Origin: Flaccisagitta enflata
Lineage: Eukaryota
Direction of reading: 5' to 3'
DNA length: 64,000 bases
Assembly: GCA_965153355.1 (NCBI GenBank)
Contig: OZ231126.1
Span: 27,714,001 to 27,778,000 of the forward strand
In this document: positions 35,845 to 63,473 of the stretch, one piece after another
Layout of the letters: each line of letters opens with the position of its first letter
Numbering within the stretch: the first letter of the stretch is position 1
Program-made: the position numbers and the translations under genes
Notes under the pieces: generated by a model
The model's database searches: none
Seen by the model: the letters and a program-made list of their open reading frames with translations, nothing else
What the model was told of the DNA's origin: nothing

Positions 35845-37109
35845 TTTAAGATTTAGTTACTTAGGCTCATAGATACCTCTGGGCTCACCTGTGGCTGCAA
35901 AGCTAGAAGTTTGCTTATCATGAAACATGAATCGTAATCAAAGGTGAAGCACTATGTTTCAAGATAAGCTAATGGAATGCTCGTCTTTAATCTTTTCTCT
36001 GGGTAAAGTCCTCAGAGAAAGACACACTGACTTACAAAATGACACATCTGGACAAGGACACTGTACGTTTGGGTTGATTTAAAATTTTGTATCTTTTATC
36101 ATTTAACCAAATTATATTATTAAAGTTTAGATCTAGGTAGAGATACTAGATCTGCAATCATTAGGAAACCCTTTTGTCTACATCAACAATCTAATATTTA
36201 AATCATTTGGATGTAAAGTTTACTAATAAAATCATGAATTATGGAAAAAGTGCAGGTTTTTTTTTCAGATGAGTGTCTTTATGAAAGCATCTTGTGGTAT
36301 TCTTAGTACTTTTGAACAGTATTCAATCACCTGCTGACCCAAAATTCCACATTATTCGCGATAAATACATAAAAAAAATGATCGGTGAAATCTGTAGACC
36401 TCACATTTTACTATCGTATATGAACTAGGAGAAAAACAAGGCCGGATACACGGCCATCAGTTGCGGACGGGTGGGCAGGGGCGGAAATGTGCATTTTCCC
36501 ACTTTTCGCCTCGATGGTGACGGACGGACGGACGGACGGACGGACAAAGCCTCTTAGAGTTGCGTGTCCGCAACTAAAAATGGAAAGTAGACCCAAAAAA
36601 AGGATTTTTTCACCGAGATGGAATAGAGCTATAGAATAGAGCTATAGAATAAAGCTGTAGCGCAGAGCTGTTGCGTAGAGCTGTAGAAAAATTAGAAGAG
36701 AGCTGTAGAATAGAGCACGACATAGTCCTTGTCAGTCGGTTGAGGAACTGGTCCTGCACGTCCGGGTCGGTAGATTAAGTATATCATTCTCGATTTTTAT
36801 ATCAAACAACATATGAGTGTCAAATTAAGTCCCAATTTTACTACAGTAAAAAATGTTTTGCCTAAAGTTAAGCCCCTGGTAGGGGACGAGCTACAACTTA
36901 AAATTTTTAAGGCTGAGAGCGCATCTCCTTTTGAAAAAAACTCGCCCCCTGAAGTGTTGTCATTGAAGGCGCGAATCACCACTGATCTAGGCGTTCTTGG
37001 TTTTGTTCGACAGAGATTCGATTTCTCTCGCCGTCGGCTCAACTATACATTATCATTTTCTTCTTAAGGGCCCCTAAGGGCCCCCAAAAAAGCCCTTATT
37101 GAGAATTTT

Positions 37110-37540
37110 TTATTTGAAAAAAAAAGTGGGGTGCAATCAATAAGAAATTTTTTGATTTGCCTAGATCCAAAATCTTGTATTTTATTTATTTTTTTTTTTT
37201 CAAAAAACTTTATAATCATTTTTGTGTCGCGCGTCAGGGACTTGAAAAAAAATAATAAAATATCCTTTTAAAAAATGATTTTTAAAAGTGAGATGCAATC
37301 AATAGGAAATTGTTTGATTTGCCTAGATCCAAAATCTTGTATTCTCATTTTTTTTTCTTCAAAAAACTTGAAATTTTGTGTCGCGCCACAGGGACTGAAA
37401 AAAAATCACAAAATATTTTTTTAAAAAATGTTTTTTAAAAGTGGGGTGCAATTGATAATAAATTGTTTAATTCGCCTAGATCCAAAATCCTGTAACCATT
37501 CTTTTTTTCAAAAAATTTTAAAAATTGAAGTGGGGGTGAG
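37110..37540. repeat. ~155-160-bp tandem repeat, three units
   Basis: AAGTG(G/A)G(G/A)TGCAAT...GCCTAGATCCAAAATC recurs at ~37124, 37286 and 37439. Confidence 0.8.
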
Positions 37541-38001
37541 TTCGAAGAAAAAACAGAAAAAAAGAATATCGGTTTTCTCTTTTACTTTTCAAGTATGAAA
37601 AAGGCCACAACTTCGTAACTATTGATGCTATTGTCCTGAAATTTGAAATACTAGCTGACATCATGGTCCTTGACGTACGAGCCAAAAATCTCGATTGTGA
37701 ACCGTCGTAAAGTCGAACACACTTCTTTGCCTACCTCTGGAGTAGGAAAAATTGATGATATCAACTGAGTGGCTGAAAAAGAATTGCGCTAAAGCCTTTG
37801 GTGACATGTCTTGGCATAATCCATTTTAGGACTCAGTAAGCAGTCACTTAAGCCAAATGGAGGCAGTCATAGCCCGGGCGGGACATCAGATAAGGTACTG
37901 AAAAGGATAAAACACCAACCCCTTTATATTTATTCAGTTAAGGAACATTTTCTGGACATTTTGAATGAGTCTCTGAACGATTTTGTTTTTCTTTCAGAAT
38001 C

Positions 38002-38203
38002 CTCCGCCAGAGCGAATTTAATTGGAATAGCTTCGGGTCGTAACACATAAAACCCAGCCAACCCTTAGCCCTAAAGCTAATCTTGTCCCTAACCTTAACC
38101 CTAAAACTATCCCCAACCCTAACCCTAAACCCACCCCTAACCCTAATTTAAAAAACCGCTTAAAAAGTCTTAAAAACAAAAGATCGACAGATGGTTGTTC
38201 AAG
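38002..38203 (-). repeat. Dispersed ~200-bp repeat with a degenerate TTAGGG core (inverted copy at 48556-48746)
   Basis: CCCTAA-like tract at 38060-38147. The flanks TCCGCCAGAGC and CGCTTAAAAAG recur reverse-complemented at 48.6-48.7 kb. Confidence 0.7.
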
Positions 38204-38442
38204 TGTACCCATTTTCTTTCTCTTTTTTTCTTCGGGGCCGCTGCCCTGCTCTCATTCCACTTCTTCACTGTATCACTCCCAGCAGGGCATCGAGTACCGC
38301 TGTCCATGTGCGATCCTTGGATGACTAGTTTTTTTTTCTTTTCCTCCCCAAAGGCGCGGAGCCCCCTGGGGCGCGGAGCCCCCTGGGGCACTGTCCCATC
38401 TGCCCCATGGTCAATTCGGCCCAGGGTTCCTGCCTGACCTGC

Positions 38443-38992
38443 TTTTGGGCAGCGGCCCCGAAGGGGTCGATGACCTATGCTTTCACACATATGGGGAATT
38501 TTCTCCTCCTCCTCCTTCTCCTTCTTCTCCGTCCCCCCCCCCCTTAAATCCCAGTCTCGAGGCCCAAATCCCAGTCTCGCGGCCCAAATTCCAGTCTTGT
38601 AGCCCAAATTCCAGTCTTGAGGCCTAAATTCCAGTCTCGAGGCCCAAATCCCAGTCTCGAGGCCCAAATCCCAGTCTCAGGCCCAAATCCCAGTCTAGAG
38701 GCCCACATCCTAACCTTGAGGCCCAAATCCTAGCCTTCAGGCCCAAATCCTGGCCTAAAGGCCAAAATCCTGGCCTGAAGTCCCAGATCCCAGATTTGAG
38801 GCCCAAATCCCATCCTCGAGGCCCAAATCCCAGCAAAGAGGTCCAATCCTAGGAGGAGAAAATTCCCCGTATGTGTGAAAGCATAGGTCATCGACCCCTT
38901 CGGGGCCGCTGCCCTGTTCCCCCTCAATTTCAAGCACAACCTACTCAGGCAGGGCACGGGTACCGCTGACCATCTGACGCTTTTGCGACTAT
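38443..38992 (+). mobile_element. Dispersed repeat family with inverted ~65-bp heads around a 20-bp tandem repeat
   Basis: Head GGGCAGCGGCCCCGAAGGGGTCGATGACCTATGCTTTCACAC, with an inverted copy at ~38850-38912, enclosing (CCCAGTCTCGAGGCCCAAAT)n. Related copies at ~10720-10905, a nested cluster at 40330-42070, and 51440-51910. Confidence 0.65.
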
Positions 38993-41900
38993 TCATCTTA
39001 ATGATATACGCCACCCGTGGTTACTTTTCTGCAAAATTAGGCAACCTCGCAACCTATGGGTTCCGCTTCGAAGGCCGTATCCGTGACGGACTAAAAGCGC
39101 ACCCAGATTTGCAACAGGAACTCCTTCAGTTGTGTCGTTTCAAATTAGAAGTAGAATCGGATTAAGTCAACTGAGCGATGTGATTGTTACAGGTGAGAAA
39201 CTTTATTTTGATGGCTTGGATGATAGTCTCTCGTGATGGTCTCTCGTTTCACGCGTTATTTAGGTAGAGGATTGATTTTTCAGGTGCCTCCGGGCGTACG
39301 CTCGCGTTCGGCATGGCTGAGAGGCGACGACATTTGTTTGGTTCGGCGACTGCATTTTCTGGAGTGCGCCACGAGTGTCGAACTCCGTGAAAACTTCTCT
39401 GGCGAAGAAAAGACTAAAAGAGGAGACCTGGGGAACTTGTGAACCGAGGAACGGAAGAGAAGGATCTTTTCTACATCGTGACGTCATGTTCAACATGGCT
39501 GGTGAGCCTACTGGTCCTCTCTGAATCATCTCTTGTAAAAAGAAAACTTTCTCTTGAATTGACGGAAAAAAACTAAAAACGGAGAAAATCCGTGACTGAG
39601 AAATGATTCTACGACGGGATCACTAAAAAGGATTATTGCAAAAAAAAATCCCAAACAACGAACGCACAATGGCCAAACCAGATATTTCCAAGGAATTACA
39701 TGGTATGTTCTATGCGTGGTGAAGGTTAAGCGTGTTTCATTTCCGATTAAGTGCAGATTGTCTCTTAAGACTAAGTTGAAATGACATGACAATGTACAGA
39801 GGGTTGTGGGTTAGCCTTGAGGAATAAGCATACCTGGCATCATCTTTCCATTCCGAGCCTCGGCATGGCATTTTAAGAAAACGGTAATCGAATAAACGGT
39901 TTTCATTTATGCTTAAGTTGGGCTTTTCTGATCAATGGGTCCCCGAGTCTAATTTGTGTTCTCTTGTATGAGATTAAGAATATGAGGGTCTAAATTTAGA
40001 TCTATGTTCTTCCAGTTCCTAACTGAACACGAATGCTATCTAGATATCTTTTCATCCAACCAATACATGCTGACCGGATTACGTTACCTCTACACGCCAA
40101 TCCCGTTATCTGAGTTAATTGAAAGCCTGATTATATATCGTGGCTTTAAACAAGTTGACAGCACTTTTAGGCTTCCTGCTTGGATTATACCCTGCTAGTA
40201 ATTGTTTTCAGGTGGCAATAGACATGTAAATCCAACTTTTGTAATAGCATCTGGGGGAAAAAGTGTCGCTTACAGTTGGCCAAAGACTTCCGAAAAAGTG
40301 AAAAATAGTCACATCATTGTTAGATGCTCAGCGGTACCCGATGCCCCCATATGGGGGGTGAGATGGCAGTGGGTCCGAAAGCATATGATTGTTCATGCTT
40401 GGGCTTTTGAGGAATCTTTTGCTCCTTGGGGTAAATGGTCTTTGGGCTACAATTTGGGCCACAATGCTGAGGTTTGGGCTCTTTGGCTTGGTTTTGAGTC
40501 AGGGGGGTTTGGGAGGAGGATAAGAAATTCTCCCCATGTGAAAGCTGAGGTTCTCAGCCCCTTCCGGGTTGCTGCCCGAGGCGGGATACACGGCTACTGA
40601 AGTCCGGTGCGGGTGGATAGGGGTAGTGATAAACAGGTCGCCCAAGGGCAATATGCGGTTAGCTATACCTGTTGCCCTGCTTTTCATGATTGTGAATTGG
40701 AGTGAGAGGAAGTAGGGCAGCAGCCCCGAATGGGGCAAAGTGTTGTTGAACACAGTACTTTAGTTTATCCATCGTTCCGTCTGTTCCCCCCAAGCCCTCT
40801 CAAGCCTGAAATTTGCCCTATCGGGCCTGAAATCTTTCCTATCAGGCCTTAAATCTATCCTCTTATGGCCAGAAATCTGCCCTCTCAAGCCTTGAATCTG
40901 TCCTTTTGGGCAACAGCCCCAAAGTGGTCGATGACCTATGCTTTCACACATATGGGGGATTTTGTCCTTCTCCTACGCCCAGCCTCGAGGCCCACATTCT
41001 GGTCTTGAGGCCCAAATCCCAGTCTTGATGCCCAAATCCCAGCCTCAAGGCCCAAATCCTGGCTTCAAGGCCCAAATCCTAGCCTGGAGGCCGATATTGT
41101 AGCCTTGAAGCCCAAATTTCTGCCTCCAGTTCAAAATCTCAGTCAAGAGGCCCAGATCCCAGCCTTGAGGCCCTAATCTAAGCCTCTAGGCAAAGATTCG
41201 GGCCTTGAGGCTGGGATTTTGGCCTGAAGACTGGGATTCGGGCCTCGAGATAGGGATTTGAGGGGGGGAGGAGGAGGAGAAAATCCCCCATATGTGTGAA
41301 AGCATAGGTCATCAACTCCTTCGGGGCCGCTGCCCTGCTCCCCCCTTAACTTCAATCATAACTCACCTCGGCAGGGCACGGGTATTGCTGACCATCTAAT
41401 GCTTTTGCGACTATTAGGCATGAAATCTGCTCTCTCAGGCCTAAAATATGTTCTCTCAGGCCTTACATCAGGGCAGATTCAAGGCTTGAGAGGGCAGATT
41501 TCAGGCCTAAAGGGACAGATTTCAGGCCTGACAGGGCAGATTACAGGCCTGAGAGGGCCTCAGGGGGGACAAACGGAATGATGGACGAATGGAGTGACAG
41601 ACAAAAAGTCCCCCTGTGTTTTATGGGACTTTGACCCTTTGGGGCCGCCGCCCATAAAGGTCAACCAATAATTTGGCAGAGGCAGCAAGGTAACAGGTCA
41701 CCCTGCTCTGAATGATTGTGAATTGGAGTGAGAGGAAGCAGGGCAGCGGCTCCAAAGGATATGAAGTTCTGTAGAACACGGGGACTTACATTTGTCCGTC
41801 CATCCGTCCATCCAACCAACCGTCCGCCCCCATGCCTTCACTGGCCTGAAATCTGCCCTCTCAGGCCTGAAAGGTGCCCTCTCTGGCCTTGAATCTTAGT

Positions 41901-43446
41901 GGGTAGATTTCAGTCCAGAGGGTGGATTTCAGTCCTGAGAGGGCAGGTTTAAGGCCTGAGCGGGCAGATTTCAGGCCTGTAAGGCCTGGGGGGAGGGACG
42001 AACGAAAGTCCCCCTGTATTCTACAGCAGTAACAGGACTTCTTCCCCTTCGGGGCCGCTGCTCAAAAAAGCTGAGCGTTACCGACAGACTGACCGACGGA
42101 CACGGCGGGTTATAGAGACGCGTGCACGCGACTAAAAATAAAACTCCTCTCTACCGTAGCCTTTGTCAGAATATTTTAATTCGTTTTCATAAACCATTCC
42201 GAATTGGGAATCCCACCCGAGTTAAAACGAAACGATCCAGCCCCTTAATTACGATTTCTGATTAATCGTAAGAAATCACGTTTCGGGAGGAGGTCATATT
42301 GGGTATATTTGAATTCGATAACCGCGCCTCAATTATCTCGTGAGGCCTCATTATTCGCAGTCCTCAGCTTTAATCCACGGCCGCTTATCAACTGTTGAAC
42401 CCCGCTCTAACGGAATTCCGCCTTTTTACACGGACTCAAAATAGAATAATGAGGCGCCTAACGTTTTAGCAACTCCTTACAGCAAAAATGGTTGAATGAA
42501 ATTTCTTTTTGAAAGTGGTTTTGAATGATTTAGTAGAATTTAAATGGCGTCATCAGAGGAATTTTGAGACTGTATCTAGATCCATGAAAATTACCACTTT
42601 TTATTCTATTTTTGCTACTAAAGTCTATATTTTCAGAGTAAAAGTGATAAATTTTAGGGTTCTAATTAAAATCTCAAAAATCGCTCTGATGACGCCATTT
42701 ATATTTCTGTAAATTACTCAAAATAACTTTTATTTAGAAATTTTAGTAAGCTAATATACCTGGGGGGGGGGTTGCTTAATTTTGTTTGCGTTTGGCCCCT
42801 CGTCACCTATTTTGCGTCCGTGTGTAATGGATGTAACTTCATAGCTTCTTAAATCTGTTTTTTTTTTATTTCTTATATTGGCTCAAACAGAATTCTACAT
42901 TAGGAGATAAGATTTGTTAGTTACTTGAAATCCGTTAGAGCGAGATTTCACTGTACTTTCTCAATGACACTAGCGCAACAGTTGTGAGTGGAAGGGGCAG
43001 TGATGTTGGACGATATTCTGGCACTTTTGCGGGAGCTGAATCTACGCAAAATAAACTAACGTGATGGACCGACCGATAGACCGAAAAGTTGCTCATAGTG
43101 TCGCGTTGTGTGACCTAAAATTAATAATACACGGTCATTTCAGTAAGTGCAGGCGAAATAAACGTGATGGAAATCGGAGGATATTAAGCTAACTAGCTTT
43201 TATGGCGGCTCTCACAAATCCATGTGCCTCATTAGGAAAAAGAAAGGGGGGGGGGCGGGAAGTCTGATGATACAAAAATATCTGAAACATGGGACTCTAC
43301 CACGTTCACTACACGCATTCCTCAATTTCCATATAAAATAGCTTCTTCTCTGCCTTTTCTCCATCTTGGACGCGCCTTTTTCGTAAACACAAATACCTAT
43401 TTAGACTCCAATAACCTTTGACATTTTTCGTTTCTCTAACCGAGTT

Positions 43447-43510
<64 letters not shown>

Positions 43511-45199
43511 AACAATCTCTTTAAATAAAAGATCTTTTCATCGGATGTACTCAAGCGCTGTTAGTGTTAGATCTTTATATATCCTCCTCACTCTAATTTT
43601 TCAAAAGGAAAAAATTACATACGAAGAATAAAACGGACAAAAATATAGAAATTTAAAGGTATATGTTGGAAAAGTCCTTATCAAGTTCATTTGGTCCTTT
43701 TTTGATCAACGGGTCTGGCCTCCCGTTGATAGTTGGTCGTCATCCTTGAAAATCATTTCGTGTTTTCTTTGTTTTGAGGTTTTTCGGCCCTTCAGTGAGT
43801 CAGATTCATCACTTTTCACTGGAGAGGGTGAGAGGGTCGAGGGTAGAGAAGGGGTGAGGAAGGGGGACGGCGAAGGACAGAGGGGGATAGCGAAGGACTG
43901 GGGGATGAAGATGACAAGAAAAATGCCACGGAGGGATGAGAACATTTGCGATGAACCTCTGCATGTGTAAATAAGAATATCAAATTCGGTTGGGGGGTGA
44001 AGCTGAGTATCTGGCCTTGTTTATTTATCCTGAGTGAAGAAATGGGTATGGTTAAACATTTTTTTCTCCCCTCAGATCAGGTGTAGCCCCATACCGTAGC
44101 TCAGGAGACATAAGACATCATCATAAATCGCCTTACCAATTTTATATTCCTGCTTTATTTCAAGCTTTTAATTCAGTACGGCGCTCTAAAAAGATAGAAG
44201 CCAAGGTTCAGGTTTTAGAGACATGCCATGTTTTAAATTGCCACCAAGTCCAAACAGTCTGATCAATTTCTTTCAATTTTATGATCAATTTTAAAAAAAC
44301 GGCATTAAAATCATCACCTCTTTTAGCCTTTCTCAGAAAATCATTTTATTCATGCATCGCATTATATGTTCTGTGGAGGTTGGGTTTTTAAGTGTTTTAG
44401 CAAAAGAAAATCAATTTTATCCCGATTTAGCCCTGCGTGAGTTTAACTGTCGATTCGCGGAAGTCTCCTTGGCAAGGCGGCCAAATGTATTTAAAACGAG
44501 TTGTTATGACGTCCTGATTCCGCGAGAGAGAGATTAATTATGTAACATCTTTAGTCCTTTTGGAATGTGTGTTTGTGATTATGAATTGAACAAGTGGAAG
44601 GGTTTTCTTATTTTTCTGGTCCAGCCGACCTTTAAAGGACTCGTTAATGGTTTAATAAACTGTTTGGCTAGGGTATTGTGTCGTCATAATCATCTCTGCG
44701 CAACTTTGAATAGCTAATTAGGAGAGGGTTGTTCACGTGTGCATTCGTGCTCTTTCGCCCTCCTTTGCTTTTTAGTAGCGAATTAGTGACTTTACAAATA
44801 GGCTTGTCGCCCCGTTGGTCCGTCCGTCGATTGGCACGTAATGAGTCGAGATGTGCGTTTCTCCATTGAATGTATCTCATTATGTTGCAAGAGCCTTATT
44901 CTATCGCGTTTCTACATTCCCCTCTACGGCTCTGGATTCCTCCCATCCTGTCCTGACAACCAATGCCACCGAGTGAATGGAGAAATTGTTTCAAGAAACA
45001 AATAGGAAGTAGCGTATTAATGTGAAAAATATTTACTACCCGCCAAGTCCTAGTTATGCTGGAAGGAGAATTGCTTCGAGAGTTGTCAACGAAAGATTAG
45101 TTTTCCAATATGAATTTCTTTCCCTGGCCTGGTTCTTGCCTTTTTCTTTTTGTCTGTTTCTATCTAACAGTAACACTTTGTCTATCAATATAGGTATCA

Positions 45200-45989
45200 C
45201 TTTTTGTCCCCAACGAACAGTTTTCGTCGGTGACTATGTGATAGCAGTGATCGTGTAGTCTGTTTGTCGTTTGTTGTTTAAAACCTTCTCATATTTTTGG
45301 AACCAGACTTCAGAATTTTATGAAACTTTGCTGGTGTTGTTTATAGGTCAATAGGAGCTTGTGTACCAATTTTCAGAAAAATTCACTAACTTTTACTACC
45401 CTTTGCCTATTATTTTTATGGTAATATTTTACTGGACTTAGGCGATTTACATAGGTAGGAGGGTAGTAAACTTATGTGAATTTCTTTTTTAATTTGGTAT
45501 ACAAGTAAGGGTCACTAAATAATCAGCCCCTGCAAAATTTGAATTAAATCTGAAGTCTGGTTCATGAGATATTAGCTAATTTATGTAGTAATATGTTACT
45601 GGGACTTAGGCAATTTACATAGGCAAAGGGTAGTAAAAGTTAGTGAATTTTTTAAAAATTTGGTATACAAGTAGAGGATAGTAAATAAACAACCCCTGCA
45701 AAATTCGAATTAAATCTGAACCCTGGTTTATGAGATATTAGCTTATTTATGTAGTAATATGTTACTAGGACTTAAGCAGTTTTCATAGGCAAAGGGTAGT
45801 AAAACTTCATGAATTTTTTTAAAACTTAGTAAACAGGTAAATAATGTCAATTAAACAGCTCCTGCAAAATTCGATTTAAATCTGAAGTCTGGTTTATGAG
45901 ATATAAACTTATTTATGTAGTAATATATTATTGTTGTGGGAGTACATACACACACACATACGCACGCACACGCACACACACGCATGCAT

Positions 45990-46077
<88 letters not shown>

Positions 46078-46660
46078 TGTGTGTTTTTTCTTCCCATGGA
46101 CTGTTTTAAAACCAGATATTGCTAATATTGCATAAAACAACCCATGCCATTCCTCTAAAAAAAGGTTTGCCGTCAAGGACTCCAAGGACCAAGATTTGCC
46201 TTCTTGGACTTCAGTGTTTAATGTTCAAGGTATGCCGTCATGGACTTTAAGGTATGCCGTCATGGACTTTAAGGTATGCCGTCATGGACTTTAGGGTATG
46301 CCGTCATGGACTTTAAAGTATGCCGTCATGGACTTTAAGGTATGCCGTCATGGACTTTAAGGTATGCCGTCATGGACTGTAAGGTATGCATGCCATCATG
46401 GACTGTAAGGTATGCATGCCATCATGGACATCAATTATTTTTTCAAATTAATTTTTTTGTTTAAATTTTGTTTATTTTTTTTTGAATTTTTTTTTCTTTT
46501 TTGAAATTTTTTTTTTTTTGAAATTTTTTTTTGAAAAATTTTTTTTGAAAAATTTTTTTTCAATTTTTTTTTTTTGGTGCATCTTCTCGAGTCGCGTTTA
46601 CGCGACGAGAAAGCTTCAAAAATTACAGTCCCCAGTCGGGGACTGTAATTTTGAAGCTTT
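45200..46660 (+). mobile_element. Long Helentron-like element carrying ~167-bp units, (CA)n and a 22-bp minisatellite
   Basis: 5' T-run + GTCCCCAACG...CGTCGGTGACTAT hairpin; 3' CAGTCGGGGACTGT...AAGCTTTTT. Internal units start at ~45434, 45602 and 45768. (GGTATGCCGTCATGGACTTTAA)n at 46229-46428. Confidence 0.6.
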
Positions 46661-46953
46661 TTTAGTTGCAGACACGCAACTCTATAAGAGGCTTTGTCCG
46701 TCCGTCGGTCCGTCAGTAATGATCGAGTTGGAAAGTGTGAAAACGCGCATTTCCGCCCCCGCCCACCCGTCCGCAACTGGTGGCCGTGTATCCGGCCTTG
46801 TTCTCTAGCACATTTTCTGTTGACCACTTAGTATGTCTATCACACTATCTGTCCTTCACACTGGCATGGAACACTGTCTGTCCGGCACATTGTTACTGTC
46901 TGGCACTCAGTCGGGCACGTTGTCTGGCACTCTGTTTTTCTATCGCTCTGTCA

Positions 46954-47045
<92 letters not shown>

Positions 47046-47556
47046 TGTGTCAACTTTTGGTTTTGGCAACCGGTGGAACGAGGAACCTTCGCGAGAGATG
47101 GGAAGTTTTGCAGTTGTCTCTTCTTTGCGTCGTTACTCGTTAATAAAAGATCGTAGAAAAAATGAATTGAAGAGGGAAAGAACGGCTCTGCTGAGGTGTT
47201 GATGGTCGAAGCTTAGCTTTGAGTTGGTAGAAGAAGATGGCTTAGAATAACTTGAGGTTTTCCAGTTAGAAGGTAGATTTTAGTGGTAAAGCTTCAGCCG
47301 GCGTCGCCGCCATTTCTTGTCTCGGTAAAATGGAATTAAAGACGACCAAAAATGGAAGCTCAATCTTTCGATTCTTAATGATGGGTTGCTAGACTGATAT
47401 TTCAATTTTCTTTCTCCAAATTGTTTGGGATTTTGGAAACCTCGGTTGTTTACATTGCCTTAATCTATCGAATCCGTTTCATATTTATCTCGGAAGAATG
47501 AAAAAATACACGCGTAGTTTCCGTTGTTTAGAGCCGCAACGCGATAGAGCAGGTAA

Positions 47557-48523
47557 CCTTGGCGTCATAAAAAATGGCGGATTTTAAAACTTATTTTAAC
47601 AAACTTAATTTAAGAGAAACTAAGGAAAATTGGTGATGTCTAGAAAGCTCTTCAAAAGATCTTTCATTTGAGTCGTGTTGCAACATTGTCACTCAAATGG
47701 TTAAGAAGCTACATCAATTTGAAAAACACTTCTCTTTTTTCACCCTTACGGTGTGTCAGCGATCATAACTTACACATAATCTCTTAAAAACCGTACTGAA
47801 CCTTATCCGATTAAGATAAGATTTGATATGGTGGTACAACATACCTGCCTTCAACAGCTCCTAAAATTTCATCCAAATCGGACAACTTTTACTATCATTT
47901 TCACCATGCGAAAGATTTTAATGTTGGTTTGCAAAACTGTGGTTTGAAAGAATCAGTGATTGGATTTTATTGAGCGTTTTGTTCATGAATATATGGTTAA
48001 AATTGTGACAAATCCATGACAGTTTTACAGTGCTTTCAAAGTTCTATATTAAGGGCCTTTTCCCAAAGAAGTAAACTGGGTGTGAGCTCAAATAATTCAG
48101 AAATAAACAAATTTTTTTGAAATTGCATCATTTTTCCAGAATTTGGATGATGGTTAGTAAAGGAACATGCAAAAACCATAGTAAAAAATTTCCGATTCTC
48201 ACGAAAATTGAACCAGTATCAGTAGACACACAATTTAGACATCACTGAAAATTTGAAGGCAATCGGATAAAATCTTCTATCATTTTGGTAATACTGAAAT
48301 TATTAGCATACTTTTTTTAATGACACACTGTAAGGGTAAAAAAATAGAGGTTTTCGTTGAATCACTGTAATTTCTAAACGGTTTGAGCTACTATGTCCAG
48401 ACACGACTCAAATGAAAGATCTTCCATAGAGCTTTCCAACCATCACCGATTTTTCTTAGTTTCTTTTAAATTAAGATGGTTAAAATAGGTTTTAAAAATC
48501 CGCCATTTTTTATGACGCCAAGG
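47557..48523. mobile_element. piggyBac-like non-autonomous element with long TIRs
   Basis: Ends CCTTGGCGTCATAAAAAATGGCGG...CCGCCATTTTTTATGACGCCAAGG, flanks GTAA / TTAA, inverted homology over >200 bp. Confidence 0.7.
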
Positions 48524-48981
48524 TTAAGTCACATAGGAAGAAGTCTCATAGTTATTCTTCAAAGAACCTTCGACGTCTTTTTTGTTTTTAAGTCTTTTTA
48601 AGCGATTTATTGATTTAGGGTTAGGGGTGGGGTTAGGGAAGGGGTTGGGTTGGTATTAGGGGTAGGGCTAGCGTTAGGGCTAGGGTGGGTTAGGTTTTAC
48701 ATATAACATTCCAAATGAGCTCGAATTAAAGCTTTGCTCTGGCGGAAAAAAAAAAACAAACAAATAAACGTCAACGTCTTTGTGAAGATTTCAGTGACGT
48801 ATGACGCCAAATAGGGGGGATTAAGTTAAGTCCCGTTCCTTTTGCTGACCTACACGTCGCACTGGTATCACTGACTCGCACTCGTACGCGTTTCTGAAAT
48901 TCTAAAGCAATTTGCAAAGTTTTATTAATTGAGTCAATTTGATAAAGTGTTACCTAACTGTTACCTACCCTGGTATTTCAG

Positions 48982-63473
<14,492 letters not shown>

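Noticed and set aside
40004-40198. ORF containing PIPLSELIESL, reminiscent of the CARMIL N-terminus (VPRELIESI)
   Set aside because: There is no suitable phase-1 donor at that point; probably coincidence.
43263-43295. CTGATGA...GAAAC hammerhead core
   Set aside because: Stem II does not pair and there is no stem III or cleavage triplet.
46435-46575. T-homopolymer-rich stretches (also 55010-55155) as possible sequencing junk
   Set aside because: They occur next to the minisatellite in two related elements, so they are probably part of the family, although base-level accuracy is doubtful.
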